A model generated the notes under the pieces. That model was not told the DNA's origin. It did not search any database and saw nothing but the letters and a program-made list of their open reading frames with translations. This document shows, one piece after another, positions 52,568-63,058 of a DNA stretch of 64,000 nt. Each line of letters begins with the position of its first letter. Position 1 is the first letter of the stretch. This stretch comes from Pseudomonadota bacterium (GTDB taxonomy: Bacteria > Myxococcota_A > UBA796 > UBA9615): contig JAAESI010000030.1 of the NCBI GenBank assembly GCA_024229515.1, positions 78,404-142,403 on the forward strand, in the 5' to 3' direction. A program made the position numbers and the translations under genes.

Positions 52568-55453
52568 TCAGGGCGAGTAGCGGTACAGCGTCAGGCCCCG
52601 GTCCCCGGTGTTGTCGGACCAGAAGTCGTCCTCGTGCACGATCGAGAAGTCCCAGCTGTCCGCCGGCAGGCTCATCGACCGCAGGGGAATCGCGCACGTC
52701 GTCCCGCTCCCGGTGTCGACCCGGAGCAGTCCGTCGTTGTTGGGCGTGCCGTCGTTGCTCGCGTACACGCCGTGGGCGCCCAGCCCCGCCGAGCCGCAGG
52801 GGTCCGCTTCGATGAGGAGCCGCTCGCCCGCGCCGAGGGTGGCGCTGACGTTGGTGGCGGTCGGGGTGTCATCGGAGGCGTCGGCCGAACTGACCTCGTT
52901 GCCGCCGATCTCGACCGCGCCGGAGGTCGTCAACTGGTCGTTGAACACGAAGTCCACCGACAGCGTGTCCTCGCCCGAGTTCGCGGTCCCCGCCGAGGGG
53001 TCGTACGACATCGTCACCGCCATCGGACCGAGGGCCGGCTGCACGTTCATCTCGATGTCCATCGCCGCCCACGGGAGCGTGGTGGTGCCGTCGTAGGCCC
53101 AGTCCTTGAAGCCGGTGAACAGCCAGGTGGTGCCGAGCGTGCCGAGGTCCACGAGGAAGTGGCCGTCGGCGCTGCCGTCCGGGTTGTCGACGTTGAATCG
53201 GAGCAGTCCATCGATCGGGGCCTCGAACGCGCACACCACCGAGCCCGCCGACGTCGGGTCCAGGATCGCCAGCTCGCAGACCGGCATCGAGCCGACGTAG
53301 ACCTGGACCGAAGCCGCGGTCGAGTCCTGGAGGCCGTCGCTGGCCACGACCTCGCAGGCCCACAGCTCCCCTTCGGAGGTCTCGGACGACGACAGCGTAT
53401 TCGGCAGGGTCGTGAAGGTCGGGCCGGTGGGGGCGCCGTCCTTGAGCCACTCGCCGCTGTAGGTCACCGGCAGTCCCTCGGGATCGACAGACACGGCGGC
53501 GAGGTCGCAGATGAGGTCGTCGCCGTCGTCGGGGTAGAGCGCATCCAGGCTCAGCAGCGGGGCGGTCGGAGGGAGGTCCAGCGTGCAGGTCGAATCCGAC
53601 GAGAAGCTGCCTCCGATCATGAAGCCGTCGTGCCCGTTGAGGCTTCCGTCGTGGACGGTGCTGCCGGAGCCTTCCTCGAAGCCCCACAACGCGAGGGTGT
53701 CAGCGTCCGAGCCGAGGCTCGTGTCGGGGATGAAGGTGATGCCGTAGCGGGCGACCGAGGAGAGCCGCACATCGTCGATGAGGCCGTCCCAGGCGTCCCC
53801 CAGGCCGGCCCCGTCCCCGCCGATGAGCAGGTCCGCGGTGGCGGCGGCGTTCGGCGACGGAAGCGTGCCGCTGGAGTCCGGTTGGCCGTCCACGAAGAAG
53901 GTCCCGATGCCGCTGCTGGCCTCGTAGACGAGGGCGACGTGGTGCCACTGGCCCAGCGTCAGGGCGCTCTCGGCGGTTACGAGGGGGTTGGCGCCGATCG
54001 AGACCTGGAAGAAGGGCTCGCCGTCGCTGTTGACGGCCAGGTGCCAGCCGTTGTCCGAGCCCGGGTCGCGCTTGCTGACCACCGCGGCGTCGGGGCTGAA
54101 CGTGTCCGGGCGGAGCCACGCTTCCACGGTGAAGTCGCCGCCGCCCAGCCGCAAGGACGAGTCGTCCGTGACGTAGGCATGCGAGCCGCCGCCGTTGCCG
54201 GAGAAGCTGAAGCAGCCGGCTTCGACCGCGACCGTCGAGATGCCGGGCTCGCCGAAGAGCGTGCCGTCGGTGGGGGTCACCTCGCAGGTCCAGTTCTGGC
54301 CGATCTCGGTCTCGGACCAGGGCAGCAGCGCGCCCACGTGCGAGGTGGGGCTGCCGTCGACGAGCCAGCCGAAGCCGTAGTCGATGATGTCGCCGGAGTC
54401 GGGGTCCACGCTATCGGCGACGACGGCGCAGGCCAGGTCTTGTGCCTGGTTGGGTTCGGCGGGGGTGACCTCGACGCCGGGCGCCGAGGGGGCGGTGTCG
54501 GGGACGACCGTCTCAGCCTCGGCGGGCAGCGAGGAGACCTCGAGCGGGTCCACGCCGTACACCTCCACCCGCCACACCTGATCGCGCGCGAGGTCGGCCA
54601 TGGGGATGAGGGAGGTGTCCGCCTCCTCGGGGAAGAACACGCCGACCTCGTCGACGAACCAGCGGTAGCCGTACTCCACGGTCTCGCCCTCGGGATCGAC
54701 CGACTCGGTGGTGATGATGACGCGCAGGTCGCTGTCGATGGACGGCGGGTTGGGCTCGAGCGCGATGCCGGGCACCGACGGGGCGCCGTTGGTCACGATG
54801 TAGACGACGTCGGTGCACTCCAGGCCCGAGCTGTCCGTGACGGTGAGGCTGAGTTCGTGGTTCGAGGCGCTGATCGCGACCTCGGCGCCGACCACACCGA
54901 CCTCATTCGCAGGGGTCGTGTCCAGCACGCCGTCGACGTCGCTGGCCCACTCGATGGCGAGGGTGTCGAGGTCGTCCTTGTCGTCGTCGACCTGGCCTTG
55001 CAGCAGCAGCGGCTGGGTCGAGTCGAGCACGGCTTTGCCGGTCGGCGAGGTGATGGTGCACAGCGGCGGCTGGTCGTCGACGACAGTGACTTCGACGCTG
55101 ACTTCGACCGTGGCGCCGTCGATGTCGGTGACGCGCAGGGTGATGCTGTGGTCGCCGCCGGAGGGGTCGTCCCACTGAACCAGGGTGTTGCCCTCGTCGT
55201 CGTCGGGAAGCCCTTCGAAGATCACGCCGTCGACGTTGCTGGTCCAGGCGATCTCGTCGATCCCGCCGCCGGCGCCGACGTCGATCGCCCGTCCGCGCAG
55301 CTCGATCCCGTCATCGGCGGCGTGCACCGAGCCGTCCACGGGCTGTTGGATCACCGCTTCAGGCCGGTTGTTGGCCGAATTGATCGTCACGCCACTGCAG
55401 CCCGCAACGGCGAGCGCAGCTCCGATCAACACCATTCCGAACGTACGAACCAT
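52568..55453 (-). CDS. Large acidic lipoprotein with Ig/PKD-like repeats and a LamG domain
   Basis: LAVAGC lipobox, WxSxVDG Ig repeats, FTVEAW...WHHVALVY...GLIDDVRLS (LamG). Confidence 0.82.
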   Translation of the reverse strand: MVRTFGMVLIGAALAVAGCSGVTINSANNRPEAVIQQPVDGSVHAADDGIELRGRAIDVGAGGGIDEIAWTSNVDGVIFEGLPDDDEGNTLVQWDDPSGGDHSITLRVTDIDGATVEVSVEVTVVDDQPPLCTITSPTGKAVLDSTQPLLLQGQVDDDKDDLDTLAIEWASDVDGVLDTTPANEVGVVGAEVAISASNHELSLTVTDSSGLECTDVVYIVTNGAPSVPGIALEPNPPSIDSDLRVIITTESVDPEGETVEYGYRWFVDEVGVFFPEEADTSLIPMADLARDQVWRVEVYGVDPLEVSSLPAEAETVVPDTAPSAPGVEVTPAEPNQAQDLACAVVADSVDPDSGDIIDYGFGWLVDGSPTSHVGALLPWSETEIGQNWTCEVTPTDGTLFGEPGISTVAVEAGCFSFSGNGGGSHAYVTDDSSLRLGGGDFTVEAWLRPDTFSPDAAVVSKRDPGSDNGWHLAVNSDGEPFFQVSIGANPLVTAESALTLGQWHHVALVYEASSGIGTFFVDGQPDSSGTLPSPNAAATADLLIGGDGAGLGDAWDGLIDDVRLSSVARYGITFIPDTSLGSDADTLALWGFEEGSGSTVHDGSLNGHDGFMIGGSFSSDSTCTLDLPPTAPLLSLDALYPDDGDDLICDLAAVSVDPEGLPVTYSGEWLKDGAPTGPTFTTLPNTLSSSETSEGELWACEVVASDGLQDSTAASVQVYVGSMPVCELAILDPTSAGSVVCAFEAPIDGLLRFNVDNPDGSADGHFLVDLGTLGTTWLFTGFKDWAYDGTTTLPWAAMDIEMNVQPALGPMAVTMSYDPSAGTANSGEDTLSVDFVFNDQLTTSGAVEIGGNEVSSADASDDTPTATNVSATLGAGERLLIEADPCGSAGLGAHGVYASNDGTPNNDGLLRVDTGSGTTCAIPLRSMSLPADSWDFSIVHEDDFWSDNTGDRGLTLYRYSP

Positions 55454-55527
55454 CCGCTTCTCCGACCCAACTCCGTCGCGCATTGTAGAGCAGGTCAGGG
55501 ACCATCAGACCGGGCTATCATCGGCTC

Positions 55528-56460
55528 GTGCGAGCAATCGTCACCGGGGCCGCCGGATTCATCGGGTCCCATCTGTCTGAATCGCTCGCTCGGGCGGGCC
55601 ACGACGTGGTCGGCATCGACGCGTTCACGGACTACTACGACCGGGCCCTGAAGGACCGCAACGCCGCCGCAGTGACCGCCGCGGGCGCCACCGTGCGCGA
55701 GTTGGATCTGGCGACCGCCGACCTCCACGACGTCGTCGCGGGGGCCGACGTGATCTTCCACTTCGCGGGGCAGCCGGGGCTGTCGGCCTCGACCCCGCTG
55801 GCTTCCTACGTGCGGAACAACATCACCGCGACGGAGCGGCTGTTGGCGGCGGTGGAGGCGACGGCGTCCCAGGCGTTCTTCGTGAACATCGCCACCTCGT
55901 CGGTGTACGGGGCGATGGCGACGGAGCCGGAGACGGTCCTGCCGGCGCCCACTTCGCACTACGGGATCACCAAGCTGGCCGCCGAGCACCTGGCGATGGC
56001 GGCCCATTCCCAGCGCGGGCTGGCGGCCTGCTCGCTCCGCATCTTCAGCGTCTTCGGCCCCCGCGAGCGGCCCGAGAAGCTGTTCCCGCTGCTGATCCGA
56101 TCCATCACCGAAGACCGCCCCTTCCCCCTGTTCGAAGGAGCGCGGGAGCACGAGCGGTCGTTCACCTACGTGGGCGACATCGTGGAGGGCTGCGTGGCGG
56201 CGTGGGAGCGACGGGAGGCCGTCACCGGCGAGGTCGTCAACCTCGGCACCGAGGCCTGCTACCGGACCACCGAGGGCATCGATATCGTCCAGGAGCTGAT
56301 GGGCCAGGAGGCCCGCTTCGACATGAAGCCGCGCCGTCCCGGCGATCAGATGCGGACGTCGGCGTCGATCGCCAAGGCGCGCCGCTTGTTGGGCTACGCG
56401 CCGTCGACGTCGCTGCGCGACGGGCTCGAGGCCGAGGTCGCCTGGTTCACCCGTCCCTGA
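55528..56460 (+). CDS. NAD-dependent epimerase/dehydratase (UDP-glucuronate epimerase-like)
   Basis: VTGAAGFIGSH, ATSSVYG, YGITK (YxxxK), FSVFGPRERP, RSFTYVGD. Confidence 0.92.
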   Translation: MRAIVTGAAGFIGSHLSESLARAGHDVVGIDAFTDYYDRALKDRNAAAVTAAGATVRELDLATADLHDVVAGADVIFHFAGQPGLSASTPLASYVRNNITATERLLAAVEATASQAFFVNIATSSVYGAMATEPETVLPAPTSHYGITKLAAEHLAMAAHSQRGLAACSLRIFSVFGPRERPEKLFPLLIRSITEDRPFPLFEGAREHERSFTYVGDIVEGCVAAWERREAVTGEVVNLGTEACYRTTEGIDIVQELMGQEARFDMKPRRPGDQMRTSASIAKARRLLGYAPSTSLRDGLEAEVAWFTRP

Positions 56461-57647
56461 CGGACCCGGCCGATCCGCAGCCCGAACCGGGCCGCCCCCA
56501 GGAACGACACGCCGCCCGCGCCTCGACCCAGGTCCAGGGGAATGCCGACTCCGACCGTGACTTCGCCGAACGCGGATGCGCCGAGATCGACCCGGAGGCC
56601 GAGGGAGTGGTCGATGTTGATCTCCGCGTACGCGCTGGTCGCGACGTAGGTGGAGTCCGTCTCCCCAGGGGTGACGGTGACTATCGGGGCCGAAAACCCG
56701 CCGAGCTGGACGACGTACAGGAGCCCATCCCCGGCGGCGACGAGCGTGTCCCGGGCGAGGAGGTCGAACCGCGCCTGCCACACCAGGGAGAAGCGCTGCG
56801 TCTTCCCCAGCCCGTGGAGCCCGCGCACGCCGAAGCGTCCGCCGACGGCGCCGAGGGTGCGCCCCCCGTAGCTTTCGGCGACCACATGGTCGAACCCGGC
56901 CTGCACGCCCCCGCCGAGGAGGACCTCGTTGCGGCGCAGGTCGCCCAGGCGGGCGTTGACGGTGATCGCGGCGCTGCCGCCGCGGCGTTGGGAGGCGTAG
57001 ACCTGCGGGTAGAAGCCGCCCAGCTCGGGATCGGCGGTCTGGGTCGCGTGATCGGGGCCGAAGCGTGCCTCGATGTCGAGCCCGATCGTCAGCGGCGGGA
57101 CCGCGTCGCGCAGGCCCCCGACCTTGAGGAGCAGCAACTCGATCCCGACCCCCGGGTCGTCCGCGTAGGTCTCGGTGCCGAGGCCGAAGTCCTGGCCGGC
57201 GACGCCCACGCCGCCATGCAGCGCGAGCTCGACGACATCCGGATCGGGGCCTCGGGTCGGGGTCCGCTTCGGATCCTCGGTCGGCGCCTCCGGCTCGTCC
57301 TCGACGATCGGCATGCGAAGGACGAGGGAGACCAGCCAGGGCTCGGCTTCCTGCTCCTCCTCCGTGTGCCAGGGAGCCGCCCGATCGGGGGCGAGGAAGT
57401 GCAGGTTGGCGACGTCCTGGGCCGCGGCGGCGCCGTCGACGACCTCGGACCAGGTGATGCAGACGACGAACGCCTCCGCGAGGCGCTCCTGGGCGGCGTC
57501 GGCGTAGCAGCTGTCGGGCGCCTGCTTGCAGCCTCCGATGACGCCTTCGGCCGAAGCGCGGGCCTGGGCCAGATCGGTCAGCCAGGCGTCATCCGCCGCG
57601 GCCGTCGTGGGCAGAAGCAGGACCGCCGCGAGGGCGAGCCACCTCAC
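56394..57647 (-). CDS. Hypothetical secreted protein, C-terminal half beta-rich (possible outer-membrane barrel)
   Basis: Signal peptide (V)RWLALAAVLLLPTTAAA; third gene of the sigma/anti-sigma operon; overlaps the epimerase 3' end convergently. Confidence 0.6.
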   Translation of the reverse strand: MRWLALAAVLLLPTTAAADDAWLTDLAQARASAEGVIGGCKQAPDSCYADAAQERLAEAFVVCITWSEVVDGAAAAQDVANLHFLAPDRAAPWHTEEEQEAEPWLVSLVLRMPIVEDEPEAPTEDPKRTPTRGPDPDVVELALHGGVGVAGQDFGLGTETYADDPGVGIELLLLKVGGLRDAVPPLTIGLDIEARFGPDHATQTADPELGGFYPQVYASQRRGGSAAITVNARLGDLRRNEVLLGGGVQAGFDHVVAESYGGRTLGAVGGRFGVRGLHGLGKTQRFSLVWQARFDLLARDTLVAAGDGLLYVVQLGGFSAPIVTVTPGETDSTYVATSAYAEINIDHSLGLRVDLGASAFGEVTVGVGIPLDLGRGAGGVSFLGAARFGLRIGRVRQGRVNQATSASSPSRSDVDGA

Positions 57648-58561
57648 TCGAAGCTCCGCACGGTCTCCATGGCCACCGCGGGCACCCGCGCGAGGCGCAT
57701 CTGGCCCACCAGGTCGATCGCCAGGTGGGGGTCGGTCGTGCCCTCGTCGGTGAGCCACTGAACCAGCTCGGTCAGAGGCACGCCGTCGGCGGAGCGCCAG
57801 AGCATGCGGCCGTCGGCGGACCGCGCCACGAGCACCGCCTCGTCGGCGGCGACGCCGGTCACTTCGTCCTCGTTGCTGCGGATCGAGACGTTGCCGTCGG
57901 TGACCATCACGGCGGCGATGTCGCCGGCGGTCCCCGCCACGAAGGTGGTCCCCACGGGGACGATCGTCAGCGCCAGCGCGTCCAGCGCGACGACGTCCAC
58001 GCCCGGGTCCAGGGTTCCGTTGCGGACGAAGGTCACCACGCCTGCGGACAGCACCGCGGCCCGCCCGTCGACGTGGAGGCGGCTGCCGGGGGCCGGGATG
58101 AGGCCGGCGGCCAGCATCGGCTCGGGGGCCTGGAGGGGCTCGGGCTCGAGTTCGGTCACCAGCAGGGCGGCTTCGGCCCGGGTCGGTGCTGCGGGGGCGA
58201 TCGCCGGCGGAAGCGGTGTCGGCTCGGCCGCGGAGGGAGCGGACGGGCGGGTGTCGATGCGCGGCTGCGGGACCATCGACACCCGGCGCAGGGGCACGGC
58301 CTCGACTCCGGGCTCCGGTGGCGCGGGCCGATCCATCAGCAGCGCGCCCACGAGGAGGGCGGCCGCGGCGGATCCGAGCGCGAGCAGCCAGGGCCGGCGT
58401 CGGGGCGGGGGAGGCGCAGCCGCTGGTGGCTCGACGTCCACCGCGAAGGTGGCGTCGGCGTCCACGCCGAGGCGGTCCAGGAGCGAATCCACGGCGCCCT
58501 CGACGGCGAGGTCATCGCCGGTGGCGTCCAGCAGGTCGTCGAAGCGGTCGGGCGCCGTCAT
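57644..58561 (-). CDS. Putative membrane-anchored anti-sigma factor (FecR-like region)
   Basis: Acidic N-terminus, RRRPW plus TM helix, Pro-rich linker, PVGTTFV...VMVTDGNV FecR-like pattern; coupled to the upstream sigma gene. Confidence 0.62.
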   Translation of the reverse strand: MTAPDRFDDLLDATGDDLAVEGAVDSLLDRLGVDADATFAVDVEPPAAAPPPPRRRPWLLALGSAAAALLVGALLMDRPAPPEPGVEAVPLRRVSMVPQPRIDTRPSAPSAAEPTPLPPAIAPAAPTRAEAALLVTELEPEPLQAPEPMLAAGLIPAPGSRLHVDGRAAVLSAGVVTFVRNGTLDPGVDVVALDALALTIVPVGTTFVAGTAGDIAAVMVTDGNVSIRSNEDEVTGVAADEAVLVARSADGRMLWRSADGVPLTELVQWLTDEGTTDPHLAIDLVGQMRLARVPAVAMETVRSFE

Positions 58562-59130
58562 CGCGAGCCCTCCGGCGGATCGAGGAGGTCGTCGAAACGG
58601 AGATCCAGCATCTCCATGACGGAGTGCACGCGGCGTCGCAGCTTGCGCTTGCGGTTCTCGTACTCGCCGTAGGTGACCCCCACGACGGCGGCGGCCTGCG
58701 GGCCGTCCAGTTCCCGTTCACGCTGGCGCACCCACGCGTCCCAGACGATGCGCTCGGCCGGCTCCAGGGCGTCCAGGAGGCGCTGCCGGTTGGCGTGGGC
58801 GGTCTGCCGCACGAGCTCGCGATCGCCGAACACGGTGGAGTCGGGCTCGACCAGACGCAGGTGCAGGCGTGCCCGGTTGGTCCGCACCCGGTACCGGTCG
58901 ATGTAGGCGTTGCGCACGATGGTGCGGATGAGACCGATGGGCGAAGTCGACAGGTCGTAGCGGTCCGGTCGGCTCCGGAGCACGACAATCGCGTCAGCCA
59001 CGAGGTCTTCGGCTTCTTCCAGGGACGCGCCCATGGCGCGCGCTCCGCGGATCCCTGCACGCAGGACGTCGCCCCAGTTGAGGGGTGTGGCAGGGCGGGC
59101 GGGGGCCGCGATGGGATCGGGACGCGTCAA
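58558..59130 (-). CDS. Divergent ECF-type sigma factor
   Basis: EEAEDLVADA...IVRNAYIDRYR (region 2); LDALEPAER...AAAVVGVTYGEYENRKRKLR (region 4-like). Start uncertain (TTG 59130). Confidence 0.68.
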   Translation of the reverse strand: MTRPDPIAAPARPATPLNWGDVLRAGIRGARAMGASLEEAEDLVADAIVVLRSRPDRYDLSTSPIGLIRTIVRNAYIDRYRVRTNRARLHLRLVEPDSTVFGDRELVRQTAHANRQRLLDALEPAERIVWDAWVRQRERELDGPQAAAVVGVTYGEYENRKRKLRRRVHSVMEMLDLRFDDLLDPPEGSR

Positions 59131-59264
59131 AGCACTCTCGGCACCTTCACGAATCGGGCCGGCTCGTTTGTCGGGCAGGATCTTGCCCGTCAGAAGGTGC
59201 CAAAGATTGCTTTGTGGTCCGTGCAAGAGAGCGGAACCACCCCGCACACCCTGGAGCACCCCGG

Positions 59265-60212
59265 ATGTCCATGAGAACCCTCCCCCTCCTGAGCCTGACG
59301 CTGACCGCGGCCGTCGCCCTGACGGCCTGCGAGACCAACTCCCCGCAGCTCGATCCCGAGCTGATGACCACCTACGGACACGTCGTCGACAACCGCGGCT
59401 GGGCCGTCGGTTCCCGCATGGATCTCGACGTCTCCGTGAACGCCTCCGGGCGCACCCTGGACGTCGTGTACGAGTCCGAGGATGGCGCCGTCATCGCGAC
59501 CGACAACTGGAACAGCGGCCCCGAGCTGATGGGCCCGTGGGACCTCATGTGGGGTGGCGGCGGCTACTCGTACACGTACTCCTCGGCGACGGTCGAAGAG
59601 GCGGGTGAGTTCGACCTCGTGGTCAAGACCGGTCGCGGCAAGGAGTTGGAGCGCCTGACCCTGACGGCCGCCGAGCCCGATGACTACGCCCTCGGCGTGG
59701 TCCTGGACGACTGCCCGGAGTTCCCCGACCTCGTCTTCAAGGAGCAGCCCACCATGCTCGAGGACAGCTGGGTGATGGTCGCGCCGGCCCCCGTGGACGC
59801 CAACGGCGACCAGCTGGTCGGTCACTTCGACTTCACCACCTCCAGCACGGGCATCGACGTGGAGGACTGGGGCGGCGGCTACGTCGACATGACGGTCGGC
59901 AGCGGTGACTTCACCGTCAGCTTCACCGTCGACGGCGAGCAGCACGACTTCGACATCAAGACCGCGTCCGTCGAAGAGATCGTCTCCATCGAGATCGCCG
60001 ACATCCCCGAGAAGCACGGCATGACCAACGAGTCGCTGCTGTGCGCCGTCGGCCGCACCGCCGATGGCACCCCGGTGCACGGCATCTCCCCGGACTGGAG
60101 CACCGGCTGGGCCGCCCCCACGATCCACGCCGACAACTTCGCGACGGTGGACGCCTGCTTCGGCGACCTCTGCGCGTCGTGGACCGGACCGGACTCGGGC
60201 GCCGTTCAGTAA
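59265..60212 (+). CDS. Hypothetical acidic lipoprotein
   Basis: AVALTAC lipobox; beta-rich; divergent from the sigma gene. Confidence 0.72.
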   Translation: MSMRTLPLLSLTLTAAVALTACETNSPQLDPELMTTYGHVVDNRGWAVGSRMDLDVSVNASGRTLDVVYESEDGAVIATDNWNSGPELMGPWDLMWGGGGYSYTYSSATVEEAGEFDLVVKTGRGKELERLTLTAAEPDDYALGVVLDDCPEFPDLVFKEQPTMLEDSWVMVAPAPVDANGDQLVGHFDFTTSSTGIDVEDWGGGYVDMTVGSGDFTVSFTVDGEQHDFDIKTASVEEIVSIEIADIPEKHGMTNESLLCAVGRTADGTPVHGISPDWSTGWAAPTIHADNFATVDACFGDLCASWTGPDSGAVQ

Positions 60213-60234
60213 CCACCTCCAACCAACCCCGCCG

Positions 60235-60309
60235 GACGGCGTGTCGGGAGTGGGCTTCGGCCCCCCCGGCGCGCCGTCTTCCGTTCTGGGGGCCTCCGGA
60301 TCGGGAGGC
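60235..60309. terminator. Tandem hairpins between convergent genes
   Basis: GACGGCGTGTCGGG...GGGC-TTCG-GCCC...CCCGGCGCGCCGTC (60235-60278), then GCCTCC...GGAGGC (60292-60309). Confidence 0.55.
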
Positions 60310-60319
60310 TTGGCCGTCC

Positions 60320-61660
60320 TCAGCCCTTGCGCGCGGCCTTCCGCTCGGCTTCCTGACGCTGGAAGTCCTTGTACGTCAGCAACGGCTTGGACTCGTCCTT
60401 GTCGACCTCCACCATCGTGACGCAGTTCGGCACCGGGCAGACCATCTGGCACAGGTTGCAGCCGACGCACTCCTGCTCGTCGACGAACGGGATGCGGGCT
60501 TCCCAGTCCACGCCCATGTGGTCGCGGGCCTTGAGCTTGGCGGCGGTGACGGGGTCGAGCCGCACGGCGCCTTCGCGCAGGTGGATGCACTGGTGGCTAC
60601 CATCGTAGCAGGCGACGTAGCACTTCTGGCACCCGATGCAGGAGTCCTCGTCGATCTTGGCGACGACCTTGTAGTTCAGGTCGAGGTCGCCCCACGCGGT
60701 GTAGTGTGGGATCGCCTTGCCGATGAGGTCGGGCATCGTCGCGAGGCCCTTATCCTCCATGTAGGTCTCGAGCCCCTCGATCATGTCCTCCACGATCCGG
60801 AAGCCGTGGTGCATGACCGCGGTGCAGACCTGGACGGTGCTCGCTCCGAGGAGGAAGAACTCCACCGCGTCGCGCCACGTGCCGACGCCGCCGATGCCGG
60901 AGATCGGCAGCTGGAAGCGGGGGTCGCGGGCCAGGGCGGCGCACATGTGCAGCGCGATGGGACGCACCGCGGGGCCGCAGTAGCCGCCGTTGGTGGCCCG
61001 GTCGCCGACACGCGGCTCGGGGACCATGCGGTCGATGTCCACCGAGATGATCGACTTGATCGTGTTGATCAGGGAGACGCCGTCGGCGCCGCCGCGCTGG
61101 CTGGCGAGGCCGTGGGGCACGATGTCGCCCACGTTCGGGGTCAGCTTCACGAGCACCGGGACCGTGGAGTACTCCTTGGCCCACGAGGTGATCTCCTCGT
61201 TCACCGCCGGCTCCTGGCCGACCGCGCTGCCCATGCCGCGCTCGCACATACCGTGGGGGCAGCCGAAGTTCAGCTCCAGCCCATCCGCTCCAGCGTCGAT
61301 GGAGCGCTTGATGATGTCCTGCCACTCCTCCTTGGTCTCGACCATGAGCGAGGCGATGACGGCGTGCTTCGGGTACTTCTTCTTGGTCTCGTAGATCTCC
61401 TTGAAGTTGACCTCGAGGGGGCGGTCCGTGATGAGCTCGATGTTGTTGAGCCCGATGATCCGCCGGTCGAAGTGGTGGATCGCGCCGTACCGCGACGACA
61501 CGTTCACGATCGGCGTACCGAGCGTCTTCCAGACCGCGCCGCCCCAGCCGGCGTCGAACGCCCGCTGGACCTGATCGCCCGTGTTCGACGGCGGCGCCGA
61601 GGCGAGCCAGAAGGGGTTGGGGGAGTGGATGCCGCCGGTGTTGGTGCTGATATCGACCAT
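60320..61660 (-). CDS. preA: NAD-dependent dihydropyrimidine dehydrogenase subunit PreA
   Basis: NPFWLASAPP, GWGGAVWKT, NNIELI, LNFGCPHG, KLTPN, two 4Fe-4S motifs. Confidence 0.95.
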   Translation of the reverse strand: MVDISTNTGGIHSPNPFWLASAPPSNTGDQVQRAFDAGWGGAVWKTLGTPIVNVSSRYGAIHHFDRRIIGLNNIELITDRPLEVNFKEIYETKKKYPKHAVIASLMVETKEEWQDIIKRSIDAGADGLELNFGCPHGMCERGMGSAVGQEPAVNEEITSWAKEYSTVPVLVKLTPNVGDIVPHGLASQRGGADGVSLINTIKSIISVDIDRMVPEPRVGDRATNGGYCGPAVRPIALHMCAALARDPRFQLPISGIGGVGTWRDAVEFFLLGASTVQVCTAVMHHGFRIVEDMIEGLETYMEDKGLATMPDLIGKAIPHYTAWGDLDLNYKVVAKIDEDSCIGCQKCYVACYDGSHQCIHLREGAVRLDPVTAAKLKARDHMGVDWEARIPFVDEQECVGCNLCQMVCPVPNCVTMVEVDKDESKPLLTYKDFQRQEAERKAARKG

Positions 61661-61671
61661 CGTGATGCTCC

Positions 61672-63033
61672 CTACTGACTCAGCGCTGCGTGGATGGCCT
61701 GCGCCGCGCGCTTGCCTTCAGCGGCCGCGTTGACGACTTCCTTGCCGCCGTTGGCGACGTCGCCGCCCGCGAAGATCTTGGGGTTGGATGTGCGCCCGTC
61801 GTCGTCGACCACGATGCGCCCCCAGTCCAGGTCGACGCCCGGCATGCCCTCGAGCAGACCGCTGAGCTTGCCCTGACCTGCCGCCACGACGACCAGCTCA
61901 GCCGGTACGACGAAGCTGTGATCGCCCTTGCGTCGCAGCTTGCGGCCCTTCGGGTCGTCGGGGTCGATCTCCATCGCGTGGCACTCCACGCCGGTGACCT
62001 TGCCGCCTTCGCCCACGTAGGCGACCGGCTGGCTGTGCCACGACGCGCCCGCGCCGCCCTTCTTGGCGTAGTCCCACTCGTGCTCGTAGCCCGTCATCGA
62101 GGCTTCGTTGCGGCGGTAGATCATGGTCACGCAGGGGATGCCGAGGACCAGCAGTTCGCGGACCACGTCCAACGCGGTGTTGCCGCCTCCGACCACGGCC
62201 GCGTGGGTCACGCCGGAGGTCGCCGGATCGCCGCCGTTCTTCCAGCGCTCGATGATCTCCACCCCGCCGAAGACGCCACCGAGGTCTTCGCCGGGGACTC
62301 CCAGGCTGCTGTCGGGACCCAGGCCGACGCCGACGAACACAGCGTCGTGGTCGGCCAGGAGCTTCTCCCAGCTGACGTCTTTGCCGACCTCGACGCCGGT
62401 CTGCACTTCGACCCCCATCGAGTCGACGATCCAGGCGACCTCCGCCAGGGAGGCGTCCGCGATCATCTTGTAGGGGGCGACCCCGGTGGTGTTCAGGCCG
62501 CCCGGCAGGCTGCGCTTCTCCAGCAGGACCGTCTTGTGGCCCTCCTTGCGGAGCTCGTGCGCGCAGGCCAGCGACGCCGGGCCCGCGCCGACGAGGGCGA
62601 CGGTCTTGCCGCTGTCGGGGCCGGGCTCGTACAAGGACCAGCCCTTGTCGTACGCCGTGTCCGTGGAGTAGCGCTGCAGTCGGCCGATCTGGACCGGCGG
62701 AATGTCCTCGTGGTTGTAGACGCACTGGCCGACGCAGAGCACCTCGACGGGGCAGACGCGGGCGCAGGACATGCCCAGGATGTTGCTGTCGAAGATCGTG
62801 CGGGCGCTGCCCTTGACGTTGTCCGTCGCGATCTTCCGGATGAACTCCGGGATGTTGATGGACGTCGGACAGGCTTCGATGCAGGGGGCGTCGTAGCAGT
62901 ACAGACACCGCGCAGCCTCGGCCATCGCTTGCGCGCGGCTGTACCGCGGCTTGCCGTCGTCGAACTTGGTTTCGGCCCGATCGGCCGGCAGATCCGGGTG
63001 GGGGCCGTCGAAACCAGCCAGGGTGCTCGCCAT
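61672..63033 (-). CDS. preT: Dihydropyrimidine dehydrogenase subunit PreT (GltD-like)
   Basis: EAARCLYCYDAPCIEACPT, CARVCPVEVLC, GAGPA, GGGNTA; immediately upstream of preA. Confidence 0.92.
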   Translation of the reverse strand: MASTLAGFDGPHPDLPADRAETKFDDGKPRYSRAQAMAEAARCLYCYDAPCIEACPTSINIPEFIRKIATDNVKGSARTIFDSNILGMSCARVCPVEVLCVGQCVYNHEDIPPVQIGRLQRYSTDTAYDKGWSLYEPGPDSGKTVALVGAGPASLACAHELRKEGHKTVLLEKRSLPGGLNTTGVAPYKMIADASLAEVAWIVDSMGVEVQTGVEVGKDVSWEKLLADHDAVFVGVGLGPDSSLGVPGEDLGGVFGGVEIIERWKNGGDPATSGVTHAAVVGGGNTALDVVRELLVLGIPCVTMIYRRNEASMTGYEHEWDYAKKGGAGASWHSQPVAYVGEGGKVTGVECHAMEIDPDDPKGRKLRRKGDHSFVVPAELVVVAAGQGKLSGLLEGMPGVDLDWGRIVVDDDGRTSNPKIFAGGDVANGGKEVVNAAAEGKRAAQAIHAALSQ

Positions 63034-63058
63034 CGTTCCTCCTCGGGAGTCGGCGAGT

